A DNA stretch of 63,821 nucleotides, the filler included, from Reticulomyxa filosa (taxonomy: Eukaryota; Protista; Foraminifera): assembly GCA_000512085.1 (NCBI GenBank). It is 12 parts of 12 records of this genome, joined end to end, with 100 filler letters (N's around TTAATTAATTAA, not from the genome) between each part and the next. Parts side by side here need not be neighbours in the genome. Positions count along the whole stretch, not along the records: positions 36,540 to 49,621 come from ASPP01018816.1; positions 49,722 to 54,197 come from ASPP01000519.1; 10 more parts are not named here. The stretch is one strand, 5' to 3'. The notes below the pieces were generated by a model, which saw only the letters and a program-made list of their open reading frames with translations, did not search any database and was not told where the DNA came from. A program made the position numbers and the translations under genes. This document shows positions 37,484 to 50,394 of this stretch, in pieces. Position 1 is the first letter of the stretch. The number at the start of each line of letters is the position of its first letter.

Positions 37484-38630
37484 TCATTCGAATACGTTGT
37501 CAACTTCTTCACTATTCCAATATTCGTGCATATCCAAGGCAACCTGACACGATTCTTTGACGACAGTTTGTTCGTCTTCTTTGTATTCATTCAAGATGGG
37601 CAAAACTTGGTCCTTTGCAATGGCCCCCAAAGCTTCGGCGGCTTCATGTCGGACCATTTCGTGTTCCGAATTGTCTCGCAGTACGCCAATCAAGCTATTG
37701 ACAGCATGTTCATTCAGCATTTGTCCCAACACAAACGCAATTTCGTGTTTAAACAACGCCGACTTGTCATTCTTGAAGCCTTTGCACAGTATGTCCACTG
37801 CAGTGTTTGTGTCCAAATCTCGAAGTGTAAACATCGCCCGATAACGTTCAAACAGCGACTGTTTCTCATCCAACAATATCTTCTCCAATTCTTCGTAGCT
37901 TTTCGGTTGTTTGGCTTGCTTTACTGACACATCAAAGTAAGGAGGAGCAGGATCAACCGAATTCATTTTTGATACAGGGATTTTTCTTCATAACACAAAG
38001 AGCACATTATTTCAATTCTTTATTATTTTAACTAAGTTTTTTTTTTTTGTTTTTTTTTTTTTTTTTTTTTGTCTCAAAGTTACGTATACGTCTATTCAAA
38101 AAAAACTGTTTGTTTTCATTTGCCCATTTTATTGAATCTAAAGCCAATTGACAGGTTTGTGCGACTGGTGCCGACTCGTCTTGGGCGTATTTTTGGAATA
38201 ATTCTATAATCGAGTTGTCGCCTTCGATTCCTATTGCTGCTATTGCTTCCGCTGCCTCGTGTCGCACAATACAAGCATGCTGTTTGTCCTCGTTAATCAA
38301 CACTTTTTTCAGAAATGGAATCGATTCTTTTTCGCGCATTTGACCCATCACGTAACAGATCTCGTGCTTTAACAGGGATGAATCACTCGCAAATCCCCCG
38401 TTCAAGGCTTCAATTGCATGTATGCCGCCCAATTGCTTCAACAAAAAACATGTTCGCATTTTTTTCGCAATGCTCTCTTTTTCACTCACTAATATGTCTC
38501 CCAATTCCTTCGCCTTTTGTTTAATTTCTTCTTCTGTCAATTTCTTTGTTCCATTTTCTTCCATATGTATTCCATCTTCATTTGTAGCGTGCTTCTGGTC
38601 GGTAGAATCTTGTAAAAACTCGGAAAACAT
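37484..38630 (-). CDS. DOHH: Deoxyhypusine hydroxylase, two exons (intron ~37985-38108)
   Basis: Four HE metal-binding motifs in HEAT repeats (LLKHEICYVMGQ, IVRHEAAEAIAA, LFKHEIAFVLGQ, MVRHEAAEALGA) and the SVDPAPP linker. Confidence 0.95.
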
Positions 38631-38901
38631 TATGCGTGGGCTTCAATATATGCAAATTATATCAATGCTGTTTCCCTGCTCACCCAGAATTTATTCAATT
38701 TGTTGTCTTTTCTTAAATATTTGTAAAATACAATTTAATTGGAAAGCAAAATGAGTTCTCTTTTTGAAAGCCAAAGTCAAAACTAGTTTAAATTTAATAC
38801 TTTACTCTAATTTCTTTATCATCACATCGACAAAGATCAAATAAAAGGTACTCTTTAAAGAAATTATTAATATGAATTAAGTTTCAAATTAATTTTTGGA
38901 T

Positions 38902-39125
38902 TGTAGGGCAAGCCCTTATCACACATGGTTGAACGCTTATGGAACTGAGGAGCTCCCTTTGGGTTAAACCTCCTCAACAAACTACCTCTTACTTGTTTTC
39001 TCTTTTACTTCTTTTGTCTTTGATTTATTCTTTAATTTACTTTTATTTACTGAAAGTCACTCTCATTGAGAGTAATACTATTTCGTATTACATTTAGTGA
39101 AGCTCTTCACTGTAGACTTCCTACA
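38902..39125. mobile_element. Solo-LTR-like / short TG...CA element with 4-bp TSD (GGAT)
   Basis: GGAT-TGTAGGG...TTCCTACA-GGAT. Shares ATGGAAC, TGGGTTAAA, TTTACTGAA and TTTCGTATTACATTTAGT with 26663-26877. Confidence 0.8.
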
Positions 39126-39600
39126 GGATCGATTTGTATTAAAAGTTTTCTAACATATTATTTTCTGATTTCGGTAACTGTATAGAATTAAATTGTGAAA
39201 GATTAAGCTATTCATAACATTATTAAATTTGTATAAAACAAATTAACTTTTAAAACTTAAACTATTGATTTTAATTTTTTTCCAATTTTTTATTTTTATT
39301 TTTTTTAACAATTTGTATTTTTCTGTATGTTATTTTTAACATTTAACATCTATAATGTTTTCATTTTTATTTCATATTATCAGACACATTTTTATTATTT
39401 ATATTTATTGATTTACATAATTTATTTTTGTTTATTGTATCAAATTTACGAGTAAAGATTTCATTTATCAACGTATAACAAAATACCTGTTTGTAATTTG
39501 AAACATAACATTGTATGTACATATCTGTAACAAAAAATCTGCTAACAACTTCTAAGTTTAGTTGAACGTTTGGGTTGTACGAGGATTTAATTTTTTGGTC

Positions 39601-40713
39601 ATGTCGTCGATAAGGGCAATGCAATTGGGCTTTGGTTACGTAAAACGGCAAAGCGGCCTGAATTTGAAAATGCAGACCAAATTCGTCCGAACATCAAGAC
39701 GAAATCTTGTAACAAGCAATGGGTCGAAACTGGCGTCAAGCGTAATTCGCTCAAGACAATTGACGATTGTGAGTTCGCGGTGTATTTTCAGCGTTGGAAG
39801 GACCCAACACAAAGCGATCACGAAGGAAAAGCTGACAAAGATGGAGAAGCTAAACCAGTTGAGTAAGTATAACGTGCGTATCTACACACGAACAGGGGAC
39901 AAAGGTATGGCATCATTGTACAATCGTGAGCGACGTTTCAAAAACGACCCGGTGTTCGAAGCATTGGGGGACACAGATGAACTGAACGCAGCAATTGGAA
40001 TAGCAGTGCATTACTGTACTCAGGTGTGTAATGATCTTTGAACAATCACATTTAAAAAGCTAACCAAAATAAATAAATAAAAAATAAATAAAAAATAAAT
40101 TAAAAAAATGTAAACAAATAAATAGCACAGTCTAAAAATGGATTAACTGAAAAGTTAGCTTCGATCCAATCACGTTTATTGGACATTGGAAGTGCGATTG
40201 CCACCCCGCTGACGAGTGAACGAACGAAAGCGGAACAAATCCAAGTTGCTGCATTCAACAAAGGACAAGAGTACATTGACGAACTCGAACGTTGGATCGA
40301 CGAAATGGACAAGTCCTTGCCACCCTTGACCAACTTCATCTTGCCCTCTGGTGGTCTGGCGTCTTCCCATTTGCACTTTGCAAGGGCTATTGCTCGGCGA
40401 TGCGAAAGACATTTGGTTACGCTTAAGGAAAAAGGAGATCTTGATGGGGCTGTATGCGCTTATCTCAACAGGTTTTTTTCTATTTTTTTCTATTTTTTAT
40501 TTTTATAGAGACCCCCGCCCCCCCCTTTTTTTTTTGGAACTTTTTGTCTATCTTGCCTTTCTCTGTTTACATCGTATGAGTGTGAGTTAATATGGTCTCA
40601 ATCCATGCGTCTTTGTGAAATATAGGCTATCTGATTTTTTGTTTGTCGCAGCAAGGTTTGCTGCTCTGCATGATAAAGCCCCTGAAACAATTTATCAAAA
40701 GGGTAAACAATAA
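39601..40713 (+). CDS. MMAB: Cob(I)alamin adenosyltransferase (PduO-type) with mitochondrial presequence, 3 exons
   Basis: [49 protein letters not shown] and [15 protein letters not shown]; the N-terminus is R/S-rich. Confidence 0.95.
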
Positions 40714-41105
40714 CTAAGGACACTTTCTCTCTGATGCTATGTGTTGTGGGAGCTATGTTTGTTGCTTTCTTTTTTTGTTGCCAATTACAAATGGACCTCA
40801 AAGATCCTCTCTTCTACTTCTCATATTTTCAAATAATGAAACAATCGCCACTATTTTCACTTGTTGTAATTTTTGTTTCTCCAACAAAAGAATAATCATG
40901 ATGTCATACATTGCAAAAATTACTTATCTTCTTATATTCCTCATATTGCAAATTTTAATTCTGCAAAAATATATAATAAATAACTTCGATTTGTTTACTT
41001 TGCTTTTTAAAAAAAAGTGCTTAGGGTTCTTCTTTGAAACGGCTGAACTTTCAATCATTCCCATCATCCTCCAACATTGATTTTTTGAATCCGATACACC
41101 AAGCA

Positions 41106-41342
41106 ATGAAAGCCTTTAAATCAGCCACACAAAACAAGCCTACGGAATCCCAATACTTTAGCAAATTGCGAACAGATATTCTGGCTTTCGCTGGTTTCGC
41201 AGCAATTGCTTATTTGGCGCCGTTAGTGCTTGACCTCAAAGGGTATGTAAAAGCTTTCATTTTTTGATTGACTAAAATATTTCTATGTTCTTTATTGAAC
41301 AGAGCTCAAAAACCAGAGAAAACACCAGCCGCGAAAAAGTAA
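41106..41342 (+). CDS. 58-aa single-pass microprotein, Tom5-like candidate (exons 41106-41242, 41303-41342)
   Basis: A phase-consistent GTATGT...ACAG intron gives MKAFKSATQNKPTESQYFSKLRTDILAFAGFAAIAYLAPLVLDLKGAQKPEKTPAAKK. Confidence 0.65.
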
Positions 41343-41994
41343 ATAGCTTTGACATTAATTTTTAAAATTACCTATTTCTTTTTCGAGTTTTAGTGTTGGA
41401 GAATTCATTAGAGATTTAAGGAGTTGGATTTATTAACCCAACGGCACGATTTGGATTATTCTATTGTGTTGTCTATTCCTACATCCCATTAAACACTTTG
41501 CACCAACCTTGTAAGGAAAGTGCCTGATTAAAAATGTAGAGGTTCAAACTTGAAGCCCCTTTAAAAAATTTGTTTCCATTATCTGAGCCATCTTCGATCA
41601 ATGCTGTTAAATGGTAAAATCGTGTCACAAATATATTTTCAGTGACCCCACATTTGCCCCACTTTAAACCTAATAAAATACAGACCTTTATTGAATACTG
41701 GAGGGCATGAAAAATATTTCAAGAATGCCATTTGAAAAGTGAGTCTGAATGTAAAAACTTTCCGACGCTTTGTTGTTGGATATGTAGCATCATGCACTAC
41801 TTAACAAAACAGCAATGTCAAAAAAAATTGACATTTTCTTAATTCATGAACGTTGAAAAAAATAAATTGAAAGTCTAAATTTTTTTGTGTAATTGATTTT
41901 TCATTGTCAAAATTGAAACATTCGGCTTTTGCAAGGACTTACAATAAAAACAACTAATTGTATCCAGTGTCAAAGAGACATTGCTTGTATTTTC

Positions 41995-44683
41995 CTATCC
42001 CAAGTCAAAATTTTGAGTCTTTTTCGAGTTGGAGTAAATCTGTTTATTTCCATCAATCAAATCATTCAAAATTGTAGAAAAACAAAACGAATAACTCAAC
42101 AAAAGCAAACAAATTGAACCCAAACGCATACCTGATTCAATGTAATCAAACCACGCATGCTGTTCAGTTTGAAACTTTTTTGCCACTTTGATCAACTTCT
42201 TTTTGAACTGGATCCAGTCATTGATATACACTTTCAAGTCTTTCTCCTGTGCACAAAACAAAAGAAAGTATTTCCATGTCATCAACATTATAAATTTCGG
42301 TTTTATTGTTTATTTGATGTTTCGATTTATGCATCAACTGAAAGTAATGTGGCCATCCTTAGCACAACAAAAATAAGGGGTGTTAAAGCGGCATTTACAT
42401 CTCCAGTTTGATAGGCTACCTTTAATACCTCCACCAACATATTCAAGCATCTATGTATATGCTTAGCGCATTCCACACTATTGTATTCGCACAAATCGGC
42501 AAGCAACAAGGAAAATGACAAAATTTCATCTTCATCAGTATTAGCATTGGGAGATAATTTGTTGTCAGCACAATAGCAAGCATGAATTTTGGTGACCATT
42601 TGCTGAAATATCTCTTCACGACACCACATGGCCATAATCAGGTTTCGTTTTTGAAGAGACAATTCAGAATGAGCAAAGAATTGCGAGGTCACAACGCTGA
42701 GCGGAACAAGCAGCGCTTCGAATGTAAGCAAAAAGGGTAAATTGGCACAAAAGGGGTCCTCAAAGGTTAAAAAGTCTTCTTCCATCATAAATAAAACCAA
42801 GGATTTGATCACTCTTTCCAGCAATGGAGTATGAAATTTTGAAATGAGTTCAAAATGGCGATGGTTAGTGTCATCATTGATTTGTTGCCATACCTCAATC
42901 CCAACTTGTGTGGAGTTATCATCCTTCTCATCTTTGTTTGCATCATTTCCATTCGCCAACAAGATTTGTTCCAGACATTCATTTCTGCATTCCGTTACAT
43001 AAAAAAACAGACATGACATCAATTCTTGCAATAGCTTTTGAATTTTGCGAATACAATCACCGTCGATCAATGTCTCCAAAGATTTGTGTTCAGCAGTAGT
43101 AACATTGGCATCTGCGTTGTCTTCACTTTGCTCATTTGCATCGGAAGCAATCAACAAATGGATAATCACATCCCAAATGTCCAAGCACTGTCCAACCATG
43201 TCAACCGTGTCGACATAATCAGAGTCCCGAGTCACATCCTCTTTGCTTTCATCACCTTTCCGAGCATTGCATTTGGTCTCCAGCAAAGTCCGCATTTCGT
43301 TGGTCAGACAGTGAAGCAATAGCAACACAAACTTGGAGCAATCAATGGAAGACATGATTTTGGAATCTGCCATGGCACCTTCATCACATTTGTTTTTGTC
43401 TCCTACCAAGGAGGACACATATTGCAAATCGCTGTTAATTCCCTCCACAAATTCTCCTTTCCCACATTGAAAGCACAAATACACCAATTGAAACAAGTGA
43501 TATCTATTCCGCATATTGGGTACATTGCTCCGCAGCATAGCAATAATCCCCACCCGGATATGATACCAAAACAATGGCGACAATGATCCTATATCTTTTT
43601 CATTTCTCACTGTTTCTTTCTCTTCCAATGTCTCCTCTTTCATGGTCATTGTCATTGTATTGTTCATTACCATCATTGTCATTATTGTCATCAAAATAGA
43701 TAGAGTTTTGCACAAATGAAATTTCAATGCCGATTGATCACGATTGAAATAGACAGAGAGCTCTTGGACCAATTCCAAAAATTCCCTGTTGCTGCAAGGT
43801 TTTCTCATCACAAGCGCAACCCAGTAATTCCATACATTCCAACAATGATGACATGACATCTTCCACCAATTTTTTTTCCACATTTGCATTTTCTTGTTTC
43901 TCTTTGTTGTTTTCTTCCATCACCACCTTCTCTCCTCCTTCTTTTCTTTTTTCTTTGTCTTTTTTGGTTTGTCCCATGTGTTGCTGTGGAATTGATAAAC
44001 ACATACAAAGGCCCTTTTCAAATGCAGAAACAGCTCTTTATCACTTCCATTGGTTACAAATGACAATGTGTTACTGTTGCTATTGTGTGATTTGCTTTTT
44101 GGCTTGTGATTCCTTTGGTAACCCGATACCAATGTGTCCACACATGTCAACAGTTCTTTGCAAAGCAACAAGTTTTGCTGACTCAGCATTTTTGAAGAGG
44201 TCAACAACAGCTCGCTATTGCGCACCAACAACGGCACCATCTCTGGGTGGGTGCACAGCTCTTGGTTGATGTCGGGATACGTGGCAAAACATTGCAACAA
44301 CGATACACACAGCTGATTGTATTGCACATAATTATTATTGTTGTCACACGTTATTGGCGATGACAACATTCGAATCAAAAATTTTGGTTCCAATGATCGG
44401 TACAATTGTCGCATCTCCCCATCCCGTAACAATTTTTGTCCTTCTTCGTCTTTATTCTCATTTTCTCCCTTTTTCTTTATCCCAAAGTATTTGATGGCCA
44501 ACAGCAAACCTGCCAATTTCTTTCATTGTTCGTTGTCCACATCACACAGCAGTTTGCTGTCTGTGCAAACCATTCTGAACATCTTCAAACAGATCAAACA
44601 AAGGCAAGGCAATTTCGATTTTCGATTACCTCTTCATCTTTTGTGGAATGAGTTAGCTTCAAGATATTATTAAATTGTGACAT
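41995..44683 (-). CDS. Neurochondrin-family (ARM-like) protein with compensating frameshifts near 43975 and 43790; 3' end uncertain
   Basis: Exon 1 MSQFNNILKLTHSTKDEE splices to KLAGLLLAIKYF...LYRSLEPKFLIRML...CVSLLQCF. Later motifs include DQSALKFHLC, IRVGIIAMLRS and NLPFLL. Confidence 0.75.
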
Positions 44684-44939
44684 TCTTCGGATGATAGGAG
44701 CAAAAGCTCGTACAATTTTTTTAGTCGTTGTTTTACAAAATTTTTTCATGGACACGTTCTAACTGCTTCCAAGTGATGCAACTTCTATTGCTCTAGAAAG
44801 ATATTTTTTATAGTTTTTTGCTTTGTGTTGATGAGCCTTGCCTACGAAATTATAATTTAAGATGTGCTGTGGCTCCATAAAAACATAAAGAAACTTACTG
44901 AAAAAGGTGTAACAGATTTAAGATCTTAATAACGGAAGA

Positions 44940-45958
44940 ATGAGTTGGAGTGATTATTCCTTTGAAAATTTACTCAATGAGGCCCGCAGAAGAACAAATT
45001 GCTATCGTGCATCGTGGCGGGGAATTATTCTTATTGGTCCTCCAGGATCAGGTCTGAAATTTCAGCAATTTTAAGGGTAGCGAAACAAGCTAAAAATTGT
45101 TCTTTCAAAAAAAAAAAACAGGAAAAGGAAGCCAAGCACCAAAATTGAAAGATGAATATTGTGTATGCCATATTTCCACCGGCGATGCATTAAGAGCTGC
45201 AGTAGCGCAAGGGACTGAATTAGGAAAAAAAGCGAAATCGATAATGGATAAAGGTGAACTAGTGCCCGACGAGCTTGTGAACGGAATCGTTGGAGAGGCC
45301 ATTGATTCTCCAAAATGTGCCAAAGGGTTCATTTTGGACGGATATCCGCGTACTGTGCCACAAGCACAAGCAGTTGGGTATTGTGTGAAAAAAAATAAAA
45401 AAAATAAAAAACATTACAAATCAATGATAAAAAAAAAATCTTCTATTTTTAAAAAGCTGGAAAAGATGTTGAAAGAGAAAAAGAAATTAGTGAGCGATGT
45501 GGTGGAATTAAATGTTCCCGACAGCATCCTGGAAGAACGCATCACAGGACGACGTATTCATAAAGCGTCTGGACGAACATACCACGTCAAATTTTCCCCT
45601 CCAAAACAATCCAACAAAGACGATGTTAATTTATTTATTTATTTGTTTGTTTGAAATATTTAATCGTTTTACGGAGTTTTTACATTTTTTTTTTTTTTTT
45701 AATTAAGAAAAAAAGGGTACCAACAAAAAGACCCTGTCTGAAATATGATGCACACAACAGGTCACTGGCGAACCTTTGATTCAACGCGCAGATGACACTG
45801 CCGAGGTTTTGAAGCCAAGACTCAACGAATATCACAAGCATGCAGAACCTGTGTTGGCCTTTTACAAACAAAATGGACTTGTGCGAACTGTCAATGCTGA
45901 CGACAAATTTGACGTCGTCTGGGGCCGAATTAAAACACAAATAACTTCACACAAATAA
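44940..45958 (+). CDS. ADK: Adenylate kinase (AK2-like), multi-exon
   Basis: [51 protein letters not shown] and [10 protein letters not shown]. Confidence 0.95.
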
Positions 45959-46652
45959 ATCAAGATGTGCGAACACATGGTCACGTATATTGCACAACTT
46001 TTTTTCAATCATTTCGGTGGCAAACAAATTTTTGTGTTGATTCTTCATCAAGTATCGACACTTGTAAACTAGTTTACTTTTTTGGAATTTTGTTTGTCAT
46101 CATTTTTTTTCAAAAATTATAAAAGAAAATGGCCCAAGTTGTAGATTCACTTTGCTTAGACGCTTTGGGCACTGCTGTTGACTTCGTTTTTCCTTTTCAT
46201 GTACAATTTCAAATCAAAAGTAATACTAATTTTAATATTCTCATTACATTGAAACTTGGTCCGAAGAATCATATCAAGACAATTTGTTGTCACTAATGAT
46301 AGGATGTGCCGAAGCAATTGTTGATTAAAAAAAGAACAAAAAAATCTCTCCTCAAGTAAAGATAGTGATCCTTCATCCACAAAATGTACAAATAACGTAT
46401 TTTACAAGTATACATTTAATTTATGAGTTTTGCCTGTTGTCATTTTGTCATTGTAAACAAATTTAATTTGAGAGAAAACTACATACAATGAATTTAAAAC
46501 TCATACAATCGTCTCTTGCAAGAGAGGAAAAAAATTCGACCGATATGAATAATTCATTTGCTTTACCTCTTTCTGTTTGTCACAAGTTAGGTTAAAAAAA
46601 AACAACATAATTGAAATATTTATATCTCATTTCAATAACGATAGTAAACAAA

Positions 46653-49172
46653 ATGCTGAAAATATTTCCAACAAAAGCCCATCAGGATGCTCAAATGCAA
46701 CAGTTAACTTTTGAAACATTTTTCTAATATTTGGTGTACATTGCGTTTTGATAAATTAATGTAGGATTTAAAAAAAGTTTGTAACATTGATGAAATTGAC
46801 GAGCTTTTATCATTGGGAATCAAAGTTCGCCAACTTTGCCAAAAAAACAAAGATAAAACAAAACAAGTAACCTACTTGGATATTGCAACACAATCACTCA
46901 TGGTTTGAACAGTAAAAACTCTACGAAACAAAATACCGTCAAACTTTCATTCACAACATACCTAATGCATACAAACAGAATTATTTTGAGGCTCACGCCA
47001 ACGAAATTGCACAAAAGAAGAACGAAGAATTTATTCAAAAATGCATTGAACATTTCCTGAAAGGGCTTGCCACGTCTGAAACTATTCTGGAAGAGTTTAG
47101 CTATATCAGCACAAAAAGCAATTGTACAATAATTTAAAAAAGATCAAAAATTTACAGATGGATGAAATTAAAAACGCGAAGTCCTAAACTTAAGCGTAAA
47201 ATTAAGTTATTAATTGCGACTATTCAAAACGGGCTTAGTTCATTGGTATAAACTATCCTAAAATTTGACTTGGCACAATTGCATCCAATTTTATGTTTTT
47301 TTATGCTAGGAAATGAGTTTAGAAGGAGGGGATGAACCGAAAATTGCAATTGTTGTTACAAAAACCAATTCCAACGGCTCCAAATAATGTTTTATTTGAA
47401 CTATATGAATTAGTGTCAAGGTCTAAACCAAAACAAACGAAGGACTTATCAGAATTGAGCGAATCTCTTTTGCATGATGGTCACAGGTACGACTTTTTTT
47501 TGTTCATCCCTGATCCAAAAAAAAATCTCAATCTTTCACACATTATTTTTTACCTTTGTCATTATCTCTGTCATTCGTTGGGATTATTGCTATTTTAATA
47601 GAGCCTATTTTGGACATGGAATGACAAAAAACACAGTAATGGCTCATGAGTTATACAAACAAGCCTCCGAACTCAATAATAGTGAGGCTATGATATGCGT
47701 GGCGAATATGCTTTCAAAAGGCGAGGGGTGCGAGCAAAAGAATGTGCAGGAAGCGATTGAATGGTTGTCTCAATCAATGAGCCTGGGCAATAACAATGCA
47801 TCATATGAACTGGCAATCATTTATTTGCAGGACGACTTGCATCAAGACCTACCAATGGCAATGGAATTGCTCAAACAAGTTTTGAACACTAAATAACAAC
47901 AATAATAGCAAAAATAAGCCAATAAATAAAAATGAAAAAAAGAGTGCGAGCAGAGGAAACGTAGATGCGATGACCATGTTGGGATCCATTTATGAGCAAG
48001 GAATAGAAAATAAATTATTTCCAGACGTACAACTAGCCGTTCAATGGTATCGAAAAGCAGTCAAATTTCAACATTTGCCAGCATACAACAATTTAGGCGT
48101 TTTATTGTTTAACCACTCTATGGAAGATTCCAATGCTTTAGAGGAAGGAGTACGTAGAACATACATATATATATGTATATTTTTTATTTTTTTCAACGTA
48201 CTTTTATTTATCATTGATCCAACATTTTTCTACAAAAGAAAGAGGCTCTTGTTTTATGATATATGTATATATATCACAGATCTTGCTGCTTAAACAAGCT
48301 GCACGAATTGGCGATAGCTCAGCTCAAACTAATTTGGGGTATTTGTATGAGACGGGCAAAGGGAGTATTGAAGCGGACATAGTGACCGCTATAGAGTGGT
48401 ACGAAAAAGCCGCACAGCAAGGACATTGTAAAGCACATGAACATTTGGGATATATCTATCTTAAGCGAGTTACGATACTATAATAAACATAACTTGAAAC
48501 AAAATAAATCAAATTAAAACATTTGAAATGTGTTTACATGTTTATAGCAAATTTACGACAGAGCCTTTAAACACTTTTGTGAAAGTGCAAAGAATGAAAA
48601 GTACGTATCCAAAAAAAAAAAAAGAATATGTACAACTATTTTTCTTAAAAAAAACAAAGTTAAGAGAAATAAATAAAATCATCTAGTATGTCTATCGACA
48701 GTGGCAATAGTTGGTATTATCTAGGGATTATGTACGAAAAAGGGTATCACGTGCCTCAAAATATCGCAGTTGCATTGGACTACTTTAAAAAAGCGTATGA
48801 GGTGTGTGGCCATCTACAGTCATTACTCAAAATTGGAGACAGTTATTTCTCCGGATCAGGATGTGTTCAGGACTATAAAAAGGCCTTTGACATTTATCAC
48901 ATCCTAGCTTTAAATTATTCAAACAAAATTGCTTGTAATAATTTGGGTATTATGTACGAAGAGGGATTAGGGACTGATGTTAATTTGGCCGCCGCTCAGA
49001 ACTGGTACAAAGTTGCTGCTGATCAGGTTAAATATATTACATTTAGGAAAATCAAATTAAAATTATACTCTTCATTTTTATTTTTTTTGCAATAATGTGT
49101 TTATAGAACCTGGGCTTTGCCAATGATAATTTATTGCGATTGTTAGGAAAGAAAGAGGCTGTAAAAAAATGA
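46653..49172 (+). CDS. Sel1-like repeat protein, multi-exon (5' boundary uncertain)
   Basis: Repeated A..NLG..YE.G.G...D...A..WY.KAA motifs across ORFs 47600-49030; the last exon ends ...KKEAVKK*. Confidence 0.85.
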
Positions 49173-49563
49173 AAAAATTTAATTTTTTGTTTATTGTTTC
49201 ATTTGATTGTAAGAAGGGAAAATAGTTGTGAAGGGGATCCAAGCCTTAAGTTTGGAAATAATATTTGTTTATGTATTTTTTCAAGTAAAGAAATAAACAT
49301 TGTTACCGTACTGGTTTTGAAGATCTAAAAAATACAACAATATTCGCTACAAAAATGTCTAGCATCATATTATCCACATAAGTAAACAAATAATTTGAAC
49401 TTCTAGTTTTCGTTTATATAATATTATGCAATCCGATCCAGTCCAAACCAGACACATGATTTTTGCACTGCAATTGCTAATGATAAAACAAAATTTTATC
49501 AAAACTTAAAATGTAAAAGAAATTAAAATATAATAAAATTTCAACTTTATCGCTTTGTTTCTA

Positions 49564-49621
49564 CAGTAAGATAAAAAAGAAAGTTGACACCTAAAATGCC
49601 ATCTTATAGAGATGATTGTGT
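49564..49621. mobile_element. Tc1-family TIR copy (opposite orientation) at contig end
   Basis: TA+CAGTAAGATAAAAAAGAAAGTTGACACCTAAAATGCCATCTTATAGAGATGATTGTGT is nearly the reverse complement of 6115-6171. Confidence 0.85.
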
Positions 49622-49753
49622 NNNNNNNNNNNNNNNNNNNNNNNNNNNNNNNNNNNNNNNNNNNNTTAATTAATTAANNNNNNNNNNNNNNNNNNNNNNN
49701 NNNNNNNNNNNNNNNNNNNNNAAAAAAAACCTATTTTGTAGATTTTGTCGAGC

Positions 49754-49880
49754 AAAATTAAAAAAGAACAACGATGAAAACAACAAAAAAAATTATGGCG
49801 TTTGGTAGGTGGCATATGGTGCCGCCCAACTTATTGTTATAATTTTTTCTTTTCCTTCATCGTTGTTCTTTTTTAATTTT
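49754..49880. repeat. Fold-back inverted repeat (127-nt hairpin)
   Basis: Perfect 25-bp arms (49754-49778 and 49856-49880) plus inner stems AAAAAATTAT/ATAATTTTTT and GGTGGCA/TGCCGCC. Confidence 0.9.
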
Positions 49881-50394
49881 TTTATACTTATTTTTATTTG
49901 AATATTTTACTTTTGAGTTAGTTCTTATAGAGACTAGTCTATTTTTTTTATTACTGGCGTCGTTTTTATAAGAATTTTGTGCAAGTGTATTGGTTTTTGT
50001 GCTGCTTTTATGAAATATTCAATAGCTATGTTGAAATAACTGACTGCTGATCTCTTTTTTAGTTTAAATCTTATCATTTTTTTTTTTGATCATACAGTTG
50101 ATGGCTCAAAAAAATATTACTGATAAAGAGCAACGTCATATTTACTGCAGTTGCCAAAGACTTACAGTAAAAAGTCAACATTTCAAGTTACGACAACATT
50201 GGTAAAAATACTTTGAGTAATTCAATATTGACAACACGAGTGGACAACTATTCTAAATTGATTTCAGTATAACATACTTGTTAAAGAAAGTGTTAACCCT
50301 AAGTTATTAATCATACATTGAAAGGAAATTAGCTTTGATATTCACGTTTCAAATGAATAAAATTTAAATTTGAAGCAATTTTCAAAGTTTGTTC

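Noticed and set aside
43920-43922. In-frame TGA between the two large neurochondrin ORFs as readthrough
   Set aside because: The flanking same-frame translation is W/K-rich nonsense while the alternative frame is protein-like, indicating two compensating indels rather than recoding.
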